From: an uncultured virus (IMG/VR IMGVR_UViG_3300028805_000004)
Lineage: Duplodnaviria > Heunggongvirae > Uroviricota > Caudoviricetes
Virus record (IMG/VR): IMGVR_UViG_3300028805_000004
Reading direction: 5' to 3' (one strand)
DNA: 64,000 nt
A program made the translations under genes and the position numbers. Shown here piece by piece: positions 1 to 9,300 of this stretch (position 1 is the stretch's first letter; each line of letters starts with the position of its first letter). The notes below the pieces were generated by a model. The model was not told the origin of the DNA and did not search any database. It was given only the letters and a program-made list of their open reading frames with translations.

Positions 1-102
1 CGTAGACAAGCAGCAACAGCTAAAGGTGCTACAAGCTGCACGTATCCATCTCGTGTCATTGTTAACTCCTTGTAGAGGAAAAACCCGGGTTCAAAAATAT
101 AA
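1..102. repeat. Terminal direct repeat (assembly overlap), identical to 63899-64000
   Basis: CGTAGACAAGCAGC...TTCAAAAATATAA occurs at both window ends and includes the endolysin start, so the genome is circular-complete with a 63,898-bp unit. Confidence 0.95.
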
Positions 103-132
103 CAAAAAAGTTCCCCCGGAGAAATATAAAGG

Positions 133-141
133 AGGGCGGCG
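133..141 (-). other. Probable cos site (9-nt cohesive end CGCCGCCCT)
   Basis: Lies in the non-coding gap between the last gene (240) and the endolysin, flanked by C/G-run palindromes; HNH plus TerS/TerL present; resembles the CGCCGNNCT 3' overhangs I recall for phages with this gene order. Confidence 0.65.
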
Positions 142-239
142 ATGCAAAAGGGGGGTATAAATATGAGGACCCCCCGGGGGTGTCAAAATATCCATATCAG
201 GGTATATTCTTATTGATATTAGATATGATATTTGACATT

Positions 240-572
240 TTAAGCATCTTTTTGTCCTCCAAAACTTAAAGACTCAAGCAAATCAATTGAAATTGGGGTG
301 ATTTTAGAATCTTTAGTGACTCGGATGTAAAAAGGAAACAAATCACAAAGCTTTTTGATTCCTAAATTCCAACTTTCATTGTTGAACTTATCAGGAAGAG
401 CTTGTGACATTGTTTCAGTTAATCGATCCATTCTTTGCAGTGTGTTGTAACCATGTTTACAATCCCAGTTGTTCCAGGAACCCCAATCAACGAATGGATT
501 CCAGGGATTGTCAATTGTTGTGGGGTAATATTCCACATTTGGATCAAAGATCCATGTCTCATTCTCATCCAT
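240..572 (-). CDS. Hypothetical phage protein (110 aa, TTxDNPWNPF motif)
   Basis: Start moved to ATG at 572 behind AGGAG; directly follows the RNA polymerase gene. Confidence 0.7.
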   Translation of the reverse strand: MDENETWIFDPNVEYYPTTIDNPWNPFVDWGSWNNWDCKHGYNTLQRMDRLTETMSQALPDKFNNESWNLGIKKLCDLFPFYIRVTKDSKITPISIDLLESLSFGGQKDA

Positions 573-612
573 TATTGAGGCTCCTAAAACAATTGGTGCA
601 CGTTGAGGTAAG

Positions 613-3399
613 TTACTCTGCTTTAATAGCCTTAGAAATCTGACTTGTAGAAAGGCCAGTTCTTTCAGCAATTTCAGCCTGTGTGTAGTTGGCAGAAAGG
701 GCCTTAATAAGACCAACCTTTGCTGCCGAGAGCTCTGTAGTATTCTCACGGGGCATTGCTAACTGCTTAACCTTATCCATATTGGCATTTGATAAAATAG
801 CCTCAAGATTTGTCTTTGCAATAGCGCCTGCCTGAATGGCTTCCCATTCGCGATCCGTGATTTCTACATGCTTTTTACCAGAACCAACAGTTTTTCTGGC
901 AGTACTGATAGCTTGGCCTCTAGCTTTCTGAATATGTTCCCAATCCATATCAGGATCAGCAGCTTTGGCCTGTTCTACCATTTTATTGCCTAAAATCTGG
1001 GCCTGGCGCTCTAAGGGTCTGTTTGCCTGAGCATCTCTTACCTTCCGCATCAAAGAATCCACCTCATCCTTATATTTTTCAGCGGCTTCGGGGTTCTTCT
1101 TGATGTCTTCTGTATGCAGATACTCTTTTCTTGCAGAATTCGCCAGTTTCTTCATCGAAATAGCAAACTCGGCACAAACAGCTTCCATTGGGTGACCGGG
1201 GTTGTCTTTAGAACCACCGGAGGTGAGCTTATAGACGTCCTCCTCGGTCCTAGCCTCTGCCATCTTGGTACTCGTATCCCTACGGGTCTCCCTAGTAAAC
1301 GTTACCTCCCCGGTTTTTCTGTTGGTATGAGGCTTCCAGTAATACCTATCCTTATCGGGTCGATCTATAATCTCACCAGTTTCGGGATCTGTATTGTATT
1401 CATTGATACCAGAACGAGCAGCACGTTTCTCAACATACTGAATGGATTTAGCACGTGATACAATGGTTCCAGCACCACCATATTTTCCATCGCCTCTATC
1501 CTGGTATATACGTTTGAGTTCATCAATATTGTTATCGATTTCAGATTGTTTCCAGTTGAGCCCGTGTTTTTCAGCATCAATGACAACCATGGAATGCTTA
1601 ATAGCTCGAACAAGATGTTCTTCAGGTGCTTCCTTTAAAGTCATATCGGTAATAAGATTGGATACAATTCCCATCTGCTTACCACGGGTTTTCTTATCCA
1701 TTTTTTTCATACCCTCATAACCAGGATATGCTTCTTGTGGATCAAAACCTTTCAATCCTTCAAAGTATTTTTGTGTTCTGATTTTTACCTTTCCACCAGG
1801 ATTATTAGCAGGAATAACCAAAACACTATCACCATCGAAATCTGCTCCAGATAACTGCTGAGCAACTTTGGGATTTATACCAATAGCATCAACAGCATTG
1901 CCAATATGAGATTTGGCCTTTTTGACGTTGTTATTTACAACAAGCTCAGGGATCTCGCATCTGCTGGCATGGGGAAAACGAACCAAAACAACTCGAGTTC
2001 CAGTTTTATAGTTCGGGGCGTATACCTCGGTTTCCTTCATAGCAGGCTCTGGCAGCAAGAAATTAGCAGTCTGTCCTGGTAAGGCTGCCGCTTTAAGATC
2101 AACCGCTGCAGCATCACAAGATTCTGCAAATTTCTCTAAAAGCGCCTTCTTTACCGTAGGATTGGTAAGATTACATATTTTCTCAAATTCCGCAGCCTGT
2201 TCTGCATATTTTTGCTTAAGCTGGTTTTGAGCCAACTTGACAGGCTGTTTTGAATAAAACTGAGAAGATAAGGCTCTTTTCCAATCGCCAACATCGCCTT
2301 CTTCGTTAACAACGTTAATGGCCGATGTATGGGTCTTGCCGTCTTTGCCAACATATTTTGTCTGGATAAACTCGAGATCGTCATCATCCTTTATGGAAGC
2401 TCCAAAAGGATTTTCTATAGAAACCTCGCCAGTAGTCTTATCGATTTTCTGAGGCTTAAAAACAGTGTTGTCCTTATCCCCAAAATATGGTGTTCCCTTA
2501 TGCTTGTTGGTATTGAAGATAATATCCACGCCAGGCGGAAAGTCTTCGTCATCAACATACATAGCCATGCCTTTAGCATAGTGCGAACCATTAATTCCGA
2601 TTCGAACCTGTGCATATCCTGCATTGCCAAGATTAAGGTCTTCACAGCCTCTTCTTATTTCGATAAGACCATCGCCTCGATCAACACCACCGTCTTCAGA
2701 ATATCTTACCCAAACTCGTTTTCCATCGATGTTCTGGATAGGCTCGCGCTTGGCAAGCTTCACACCATCAGTATCAATCATTGTGGCTGATACCGGCTTA
2801 ATCTCATATTTATGATCAAGCAAATCCTGATAATCAGAATCAGGAGGAATCAGACACTTTACCTGGGTTTTCTTGGTTGTGCCAAGCTGATCGAAATATA
2901 CAGAGTGCTGCTGATAACCCATATCTTTAAGCATCTGCACAGCAGTCTTCATACGGCTAGGTGTAACACCAAGAGCAATCTCTGTACCATCACCGATATC
3001 CACATATCTGTGTTTATCGACGAAGTCTTTGATTGTAGCAGCAGTCTTACCATTAAGGTTCTGTCTTATTTTCTTGGACTCATCCAAATAAGAACGAACA
3101 ACAGATTCGTTAACGCCCATACGTCTTCCGATCTCGGAATATCCATATCCTTTGTCTCGGAATTTCTGAGCAATCTGAACCTGGTTTGCTCTCCATTCGT
3201 TATGCCCAATAGCCCTTAAGGCTCTGAGCTGTGTTGTAGACATTTCCCATTCTTTGGCAATGTCTGCTTCTGTAAAGCCCCGTGAATGAAGCTGTTTGTA
3301 TACCTGGTAAATATCCAGGTTTCTCTGAGGCTTCTTTCCAGAACCCCAAGGATAACGCCCCGATCTGCGAGGCATACCATAGTGAAATAATTCAGACAT
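613..3399 (-). CDS. Single-subunit two-barrel RNA polymerase (YonO/cellular-RdRP-like) with fused HTH domains
   Basis: LSGADFDGDSV catalytic motif (1828-1842), upstream VVLVRFPH, QVR..KG (YAQVRIGINGSHYAKG); HTH-like segments near both termini; N-terminal LFHYGMPRRSGRYPWG tag. Confidence 0.82.
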   Translation of the reverse strand: MSELFHYGMPRRSGRYPWGSGKKPQRNLDIYQVYKQLHSRGFTEADIAKEWEMSTTQLRALRAIGHNEWRANQVQIAQKFRDKGYGYSEIGRRMGVNESVVRSYLDESKKIRQNLNGKTAATIKDFVDKHRYVDIGDGTEIALGVTPSRMKTAVQMLKDMGYQQHSVYFDQLGTTKKTQVKCLIPPDSDYQDLLDHKYEIKPVSATMIDTDGVKLAKREPIQNIDGKRVWVRYSEDGGVDRGDGLIEIRRGCEDLNLGNAGYAQVRIGINGSHYAKGMAMYVDDEDFPPGVDIIFNTNKHKGTPYFGDKDNTVFKPQKIDKTTGEVSIENPFGASIKDDDDLEFIQTKYVGKDGKTHTSAINVVNEEGDVGDWKRALSSQFYSKQPVKLAQNQLKQKYAEQAAEFEKICNLTNPTVKKALLEKFAESCDAAAVDLKAAALPGQTANFLLPEPAMKETEVYAPNYKTGTRVVLVRFPHASRCEIPELVVNNNVKKAKSHIGNAVDAIGINPKVAQQLSGADFDGDSVLVIPANNPGGKVKIRTQKYFEGLKGFDPQEAYPGYEGMKKMDKKTRGKQMGIVSNLITDMTLKEAPEEHLVRAIKHSMVVIDAEKHGLNWKQSEIDNNIDELKRIYQDRGDGKYGGAGTIVSRAKSIQYVEKRAARSGINEYNTDPETGEIIDRPDKDRYYWKPHTNRKTGEVTFTRETRRDTSTKMAEARTEEDVYKLTSGGSKDNPGHPMEAVCAEFAISMKKLANSARKEYLHTEDIKKNPEAAEKYKDEVDSLMRKVRDAQANRPLERQAQILGNKMVEQAKAADPDMDWEHIQKARGQAISTARKTVGSGKKHVEITDREWEAIQAGAIAKTNLEAILSNANMDKVKQLAMPRENTTELSAAKVGLIKALSANYTQAEIAERTGLSTSQISKAIKAE

Positions 3400-3401
3400 G
3401 G

Positions 3402-4052
3402 TTACCTCCCAGCAGCGTATATATCTTCAGCCCATTCATTTTTTTCTTTTACGATACCGATTAACTCAGACAGCTCTTCGTATGTCGGATGGGCTTCTTC
3501 ATAATCGCCCTTCTGATAAATACGAAGCTCTATATCCATATTTCGGACATCCTCGATCTGGTCCTCATATTCGAGAACAAAAAAAGCAGCGTACACAAGT
3601 AGCTGCCTCATCGATACCTGACCAGTACCGGTCTTAAGATCGTGGATTATTAATCGGTTTGTTTTCTCTGTATAGTTAATAGCATCGGCTGTGCCCTTTG
3701 CCACTTCGCTATATTTTAACTTCTGTTCCGGTCTCAAACGCCTCTGTATCGAATCGTTTACATACAACTGAGTTGTGGTAAATATGTTGTCGATGTCAAA
3801 GGCGTTTCTGGGGAATCCCTGTTCTACAAGATGTAAATACAGTTCATCCTTAGCCGCGTTCTTTACACGAACCATATTTTTGATATGAGCCGCTGCCCAA
3901 GCATGTACACACGTTCCAACATCAGCTGCATACCTTGCCAAATATCTTTTCTCAAGATCCTCGTATTCGTCATTTACCCAAGCAGACTGGGATGCTGACA
4001 AAAAACCATGAGAACCATCAGGAAAGTCTTTGGAATGATCGTTCCATATCAT
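3402..4052 (-). CDS. PD-(D/E)XK nuclease (Cas4/RecB-like)
   Basis: GTCVH, E..L, GTADAI, IHDLKTG and QLLVYA motifs. Confidence 0.75.
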   Translation of the reverse strand: MIWNDHSKDFPDGSHGFLSASQSAWVNDEYEDLEKRYLARYAADVGTCVHAWAAAHIKNMVRVKNAAKDELYLHLVEQGFPRNAFDIDNIFTTTQLYVNDSIQRRLRPEQKLKYSEVAKGTADAINYTEKTNRLIIHDLKTGTGQVSMRQLLVYAAFFVLEYEDQIEDVRNMDIELRIYQKGDYEEAHPTYEELSELIGIVKEKNEWAEDIYAAGR

Positions 4053-4314
4053 CTAATACGTCCTCCATATTTGTAGGGTTGACAAATGCCGAGAATGAAA
4101 GCTCGTTGTAGTTGCTAACTCTTCGTTCCTGGTTAGGACGTTTTTTAGAACTACTCCAAGCCTTAGTCTCAAGGAGCGCCCAATGGCTCTTGTACAATAC
4201 AAGTAAATCGGGGATTCCTTGAATTTGTCTCGGATCCGTCTTCATAACAGTACAACCTGGAAAACGATCCTTGATCGCCCGTATCAATTTGGGCTGAAAG
4301 TCTTTTTCGAGCAT
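4018..4314 (-). CDS. VRR-NUC domain nuclease
   Basis: EKDFQ, GIPDLLVL, LETK and RPNQ motifs; adjacent to the SF2 helicase. Confidence 0.8.
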   Translation of the reverse strand: MLEKDFQPKLIRAIKDRFPGCTVMKTDPRQIQGIPDLLVLYKSHWALLETKAWSSSKKRPNQERRVSNYNELSFSAFVNPTNMEDVLDDMERSFQRLS

Positions 4315-4329
4315 ACGTCCTCCTTGCTG

Positions 4330-4360
4330 AAAAAGAAAATCTGAGACTTATATTATCTCA
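4330..4360 (-). terminator. Hairpin plus U-tract (terminator/attenuator-like)
   Basis: Minus strand TGAGA-TAATATAAG-TCTCA followed by GATTTTCTTTTT. Confidence 0.45.
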
Positions 4361-4364
4361 TATA

Positions 4365-4390
4365 TCCATATCTGCGAGGATTTGCGTGCG
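4365..4390 (-). promoter_or_regulatory. Variant copy of the phage promoter-like motif
   Basis: CGC-N7-TC-N8-TATGGA, same spacing as the 15 TAATGA copies; upstream of the nuclease/RNAP genes. Confidence 0.5.
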
Positions 4391-4401
4391 AAAAAGAAAA
4401 A

Positions 4402-5592
4402 TCAAGGATCTTTGTGCTGACGACCTAAGAACTTCCTTTCATTGAACTCCTCCTTTCTTTGAATGCATCGCCAAATAGCGATATCTATAGGAGCTTTACT
4501 CCGAAGGTGATAATAATACAAATCGACATATTTGGTATTCAACCTATCAATACGCCCTGCTGCTTGTACAGTCCTACGATATGAGTAATCGAGACTGTAA
4601 AACAGTATGGTGTCTGTCAATATGCAGTTCCATCCTTCGGAACCACTTCCATAGTTGACCAAATATGCCCACACATTGCCTTCCGGAATCTCTTCGTGTT
4701 TGTGTCCATTCCACTGTGCGTATGGAACATCCAATTCTTGGCAAAGATCTTTAAGCAAGTCGAGCTCATAGTCAAAGCTATAGAATATGATTACCCTTTT
4801 CTTGTCCATCAAGACCTTACTGACGGCGGTCAATCTGGACCTATTGCTGTTGACAACTTTTCGTATAAGCGAAAATAACTGTGGTGGATTGTCAATTGGC
4901 TGGTCTTTATATATATCCCATCTGTCAATCCACACTTTCTTGTAGTCAACCTTGTCATAATCACACCAAACAGTAATATGGTGTGGTACTGTCTTCTTCT
5001 CGAAGTCCATCGGTACAAGTATGGAATCACGGAGCCGTTCCAGTTTGCGGACGTTCAAATATCCAATGACCTTTGGGAAGTTTGTGTAAGAAGCCATCCT
5101 TAAATGCTCTTGTCTGAACTCAGTCATATTTCTGTAGAAGCCATTGGCAACAAAGACAGGAATGTAGTCTTCCCATTTATCGCCTGGTGTAGCTGACAGT
5201 AATATCCACCTGTTCTTACGAGTAATGTTTAAGAACGTCTTTACCCAAACCCCATGTCCTGTGACACGCTGTTCGTCAAATATGAAAAATGCTCCGTACA
5301 CATTCTTGTATTTCTTTATGTTGTTCCATGAATCGATGACAACCTCGTTCTCGCTTATCTGCATCCTAAGACATTCAAGAAGCCACTCCTTATCGTCACG
5401 TTTCTTGGCTGTCGTGATAATATAAAGCGGCCTCTTTTCACGTCTCGGTCGATAAGGATTGAGCTGTCCTCCGCATGTGATGTGATAATAAGAAAGTGCA
5501 GTTAAACTCTTTCCGCTACCGACATCACCACACAGAATTGACCCATTTTTAAGCTCTTTTAGAGCTCTTTTCTGATGTTCGTACAGCTCCAT
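4402..5592 (-). CDS. SF2 (SNF2/DEAD-like) DNA helicase
   Basis: GDVGSGKS Walker A, IFDEQ, LLSATP, QAAGRIDR; start moved to ATG 5592 because the upstream extension lies in the repeat. Confidence 0.88.
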   Translation of the reverse strand: MELYEHQKRALKELKNGSILCGDVGSGKSLTALSYYHITCGGQLNPYRPRREKRPLYIITTAKKRDDKEWLLECLRMQISENEVVIDSWNNIKKYKNVYGAFFIFDEQRVTGHGVWVKTFLNITRKNRWILLSATPGDKWEDYIPVFVANGFYRNMTEFRQEHLRMASYTNFPKVIGYLNVRKLERLRDSILVPMDFEKKTVPHHITVWCDYDKVDYKKVWIDRWDIYKDQPIDNPPQLFSLIRKVVNSNRSRLTAVSKVLMDKKRVIIFYSFDYELDLLKDLCQELDVPYAQWNGHKHEEIPEGNVWAYLVNYGSGSEGWNCILTDTILFYSLDYSYRRTVQAAGRIDRLNTKYVDLYYYHLRSKAPIDIAIWRCIQRKEEFNERKFLGRQHKDP

Positions 5593-5613
5593 ACATTTTT
5601 CCTTAAAAACACC

Positions 5614-5723
5614 AAAAAATGCCAAAAATACCAAAAAACCACTCGTTTTATACTTTCTCCCTGAAAAAACATATACTTTTTCAGAAACTTTATGAAAAGT
5701 AAGTGGTTTTTTGGCATTTTTTT
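5614..5723. repeat. ~109-bp palindromic dispersed repeat, copy 1
   Basis: AAAAAATGCCAAAAATACC...AGTGGTTTTTTGGCATTTTTT; one C>A substitution relative to the other copies. Confidence 0.95.
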
Positions 5724-5731
5724 AAGAATTA

Positions 5732-6286
5732 TTAGAAGGGTATCTCCTCTTCCTGATCTTCTTCTGAAGCCTTCTCGTAAGAATCTCTGTACTCTTCGAT
5801 CTCCTCGTCGAGTTCAGAAACCAGCGGATATACATTCATCTGAACGAGATATGCAGTGGCTCCATTTGTCGGGAAATCGTCAGACGAGCAGTTGGGCCGG
5901 ATCTGAAGAGATATCTTGTCGATGTTGGTTCTCTGAAGTCTCTGAATTTCCTTGGGTTCCATCTTAAGAACCTTGCCGTTAACGAGCTCGTTGACAACCG
6001 GATTTCTCCAGGCCTGTTCAGGATCGTCTGTGGTGTAGATGTTGACCTTGATGAAGGGTTCCGGAACAGTGCCTTCCTTTGCGTCAGGATGAACCTTTGT
6101 CCATCCAATTCTCCATCCTTCAGCAGCCATCTCCTCAGCAAGGTGCTCCGGAAGCTTCACGCAGAACGATGCCATCGATGTGTGGCTGTTCTTGTATCCG
6201 TGTTCCTGATCGAAGTTTCTTCTGAAAATGCACTTGGAAGTTACGCCCTTAAAAAGTCTCTTTGTGTAAAATTTCTGGAATGCCAT
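5732..6286 (-). CDS. Single-stranded DNA-binding protein
   Basis: FRRNF motif, acidic C-terminal tail ending EEEIPF, between polymerase and helicase; start at ATG 6286 after AAGGAG. Confidence 0.7.
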   Translation of the reverse strand: MAFQKFYTKRLFKGVTSKCIFRRNFDQEHGYKNSHTSMASFCVKLPEHLAEEMAAEGWRIGWTKVHPDAKEGTVPEPFIKVNIYTTDDPEQAWRNPVVNELVNGKVLKMEPKEIQRLQRTNIDKISLQIRPNCSSDDFPTNGATAYLVQMNVYPLVSELDEEIEEYRDSYEKASEEDQEEEIPF

Positions 6287-6354
6287 AATTTTGTCTCCTT
6301 TTCTAAAAATATCTTTCATATTATATTAGCCCTTGATATTATCTATATTTTATC

Positions 6355-9300
6355 TTAGGCTGCCTGTGGAATGTTCATGAAGTCATTTGTCGGATCCGGT
6401 GAGATATCGTCAGACAGGAACCATTCGACATCGCCATATTCTGCCATAGCATCTACGGCCTTGTCTCTGAGTTCTCTGTAATATCCCATGTCAACCTCAA
6501 ACAAATTCTCCACTGTCTTTGTTTCTTTCCAGCGATATCCAGATGTGCCTGTTGCATTAGCCCATCCAGAACCGTTCTGTCTCATGAGCCGTCCGCCACC
6601 GTTCTTAACCGGCAAGAATGAACCAACTCTTCCGACAAACTGGTAGTCGTGCATCTTGTCGATTTCATTCTGCAACTCGACAACACGATCTAACTTGAGC
6701 GCGTCTTCTGCTGCAGTGAAATCATCCTTGTGCTCCTTAATGTATTTCTTGATGATCTTATCTCTTTCTTTGACCAGCATCGTATCATCCCCAAGTCCCT
6801 CATTCATATCGAGGTAGAGGGCAGATGTTACTGACTTTGTCTGGGCAAGATCTGAAATATCAATCTGCTCTTTGGAGAACAGACTCTTGAACACATAGGG
6901 TTCTGCAAACTGAGCACCAGTTGCGGTCCAGGGTTTACCCTTCTTTTCAGCCTTTGCATTGTCACTAGGTACATATCCATAGATACGCTGACATTTCTCT
7001 GTTGATGCATACTTAGCAATATAGACTGCGTTGTTCACTAAGCACATTCTTTCATATGTGGCCTCATGCTCGAACGTGTATCCATATTTCTTGCCATACT
7101 CCATAACAAACTCGATGATTTCCGGTGTTGCATTAGGAATCTTGATAGAGTCTGTCTTAATATGGGCTACTGTGAAACCTCTCTCCTGAACCTCATGCTT
7201 AAGGTTGATCATGAAGAGTGCTCCACGCTTAGCAACGATATTATCCTTGTTTCTCGGATCCTTGAACCTGTTCGGGAAAGAAGCCGACGTCAGTCCGTAG
7301 ACAGAGTTAATAACTGTCTTCAGTGCTGTAGCAAGATCATCAGCAATCGACTCGTCCTCAAGGAAGTCTGCAAGTCGGCCATCAAGAATATCATTACTTC
7401 TTGCCTTGTCGAAGTCGTGATGCTTGATAAGGACTCGTGCTCTCTTGATGTCAGAGAATCGCTTGGTATATCTCTCGCCAAACAGCATGAGTGCTTCAAT
7501 ACTCGACGGATGCATAGATGCTACGTCAAGCAGTGCCACATTGGACCACATGCCAGGTTCAGCACAGACATATCCACCCTCACCAGGATCCTCTCCACGA
7601 TACTCGGATACATATTTTCTCTTTTCTGGGTTGTAGTAAAATTTGTATCCAGGGAATATGGTAGAAAGGTCGGTATAGATGAATTCGTTCTGCGGTTCCC
7701 AGTTGTCGCCAAATATAATGTGTGCTGAATGTTGATTCGTGGTATCGTTGACTGTGAGTCCTGATAACTTGGCCAGAATCTGTCTTGCTGTCCAGTCGCC
7801 CTTAAGATGCTCGAATACAGCCTCAGTAGCAAGTACATCAAAGGAGCAATATTCTGCAACCTTAAGCCACAACTTTTCAGGTACAGGCTTATTCCAGTCA
7901 AGCCCAAGCTCAACGTGGTCGATACCAAGTTCAATCTCCCATTTCTTGAGAGACTTCTTATTTGCTGCAGACGAGAAGTCATAAATATCGGTGTAAGACA
8001 GGTTGTAGGCCTCTTTAATATAGCCGTCATGCTCCTCGATCATCTTTCTGGACAGGAGATACAGATCGTATAATGACTTGCCCATCATTCTCGCATAGAG
8101 AATATGGTTGTCGTATTTGCGGTTGTTGAAGCCGACAAGCTTGCGTTTGCAAAGAACCTCAATCTCTTCAGGAGACGGGTTTATCATCTTGTATACGACT
8201 TTGCCTTTCCAGAATTTCCAGCAAACCACGAATAAATTGGGCATTACTTCGCAGTCAAAGAAAACTATATTCGGCAACTCATCATCTGGCACACCAGGTA
8301 CAGAATCGGCAACGTCCTGAGATATAAAGTGCATTGAAGCCCACACATCCACACACCGCTTTTTCTGGTTGGTACTCTGTGCAGCAAATCGACCAACTGC
8401 ATCGGCCATATCTGACACATCATAATGCATGCCAGACTCATATGCCTCATCCAGCAACTTCTTAATATAATTGACGGACGAAGACGTATCGGCGTGGTAC
8501 TTCTTTTCCAGGTTTCTTTGGATCATGGTTCGGAGTTGTTTCTCACTCTTGACACGTTCCCAGTCTAACATTGGTTTCTCCTTTTTCAGCGGGAGACCTG
8601 ATGTTAGGGTAGCAATATCAATGTCGTTGCATTTAGTGAGCTTTCTTCGTAACGACGATCCCCCTTTGAATACCTTTATTTCAATTCCTTCTTTGTAAAT
8701 GCTCGAGAGTTTGTCAGGATCACCATCATAAATATAATGTAGATGGATACCTGCTCCTGACTTGGACAGCTCAGCATAGGTCCTGGGCCATTGAGATGCT
8801 GCACGCCAGTTAAGAATGAAGTCCTTTTCACCCTTGTCATTCTTCAAATCGAAGTCAATGACAATATGGTTTTTCGGAACCTTGACATAGTGCACCTCAG
8901 AAGTAAGAATATCTCTCAACCTAGTTGTGACATCTTCCCATTTCTTTCTCGGCAACTCAGAATCGCCAGCTTGCTGGGCAGGACAATCCGCAAGCACCTT
9001 GTCCAACAGGGATTTGACGCAATTGAACCTAAGCCATCCGTAGCTCTCTTCCTCAACCACCTCATCTTTCTTTGCTTCCTCATTGAAGTCAGTCTCAAAA
9101 CCAAACTTATCATACAGGAAGCCAGTATATAAATCCCTAACGTGTCGACCATCTCTTGTCGTGTTGGCCGAATATGTGCGGAAATAATTACCTAGTTCAT
9201 TTCCAACCATTCGTCTCGACATGGGAAATGGCACATTAGCATCTTTGGTATACTGAATATATCTTTTGTATACCTCAGACAGTGTTGCCTGATCGTCACG

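Noticed and set aside
613..3399. True RNA-dependent RNA polymerase, or merely an HTH regulator
   Set aside because: In a dsDNA phage with fused HTHs and a dedicated promoter motif, DNA-dependent activity (as for YonO) is more parsimonious; the HTHs cover only a small part of the protein
3402..4052. Cas4 as evidence of a CRISPR-Cas system
   Set aside because: Stand-alone PD-(D/E)XK nuclease in a replication context, lacking the Cas4 Fe-S cysteines
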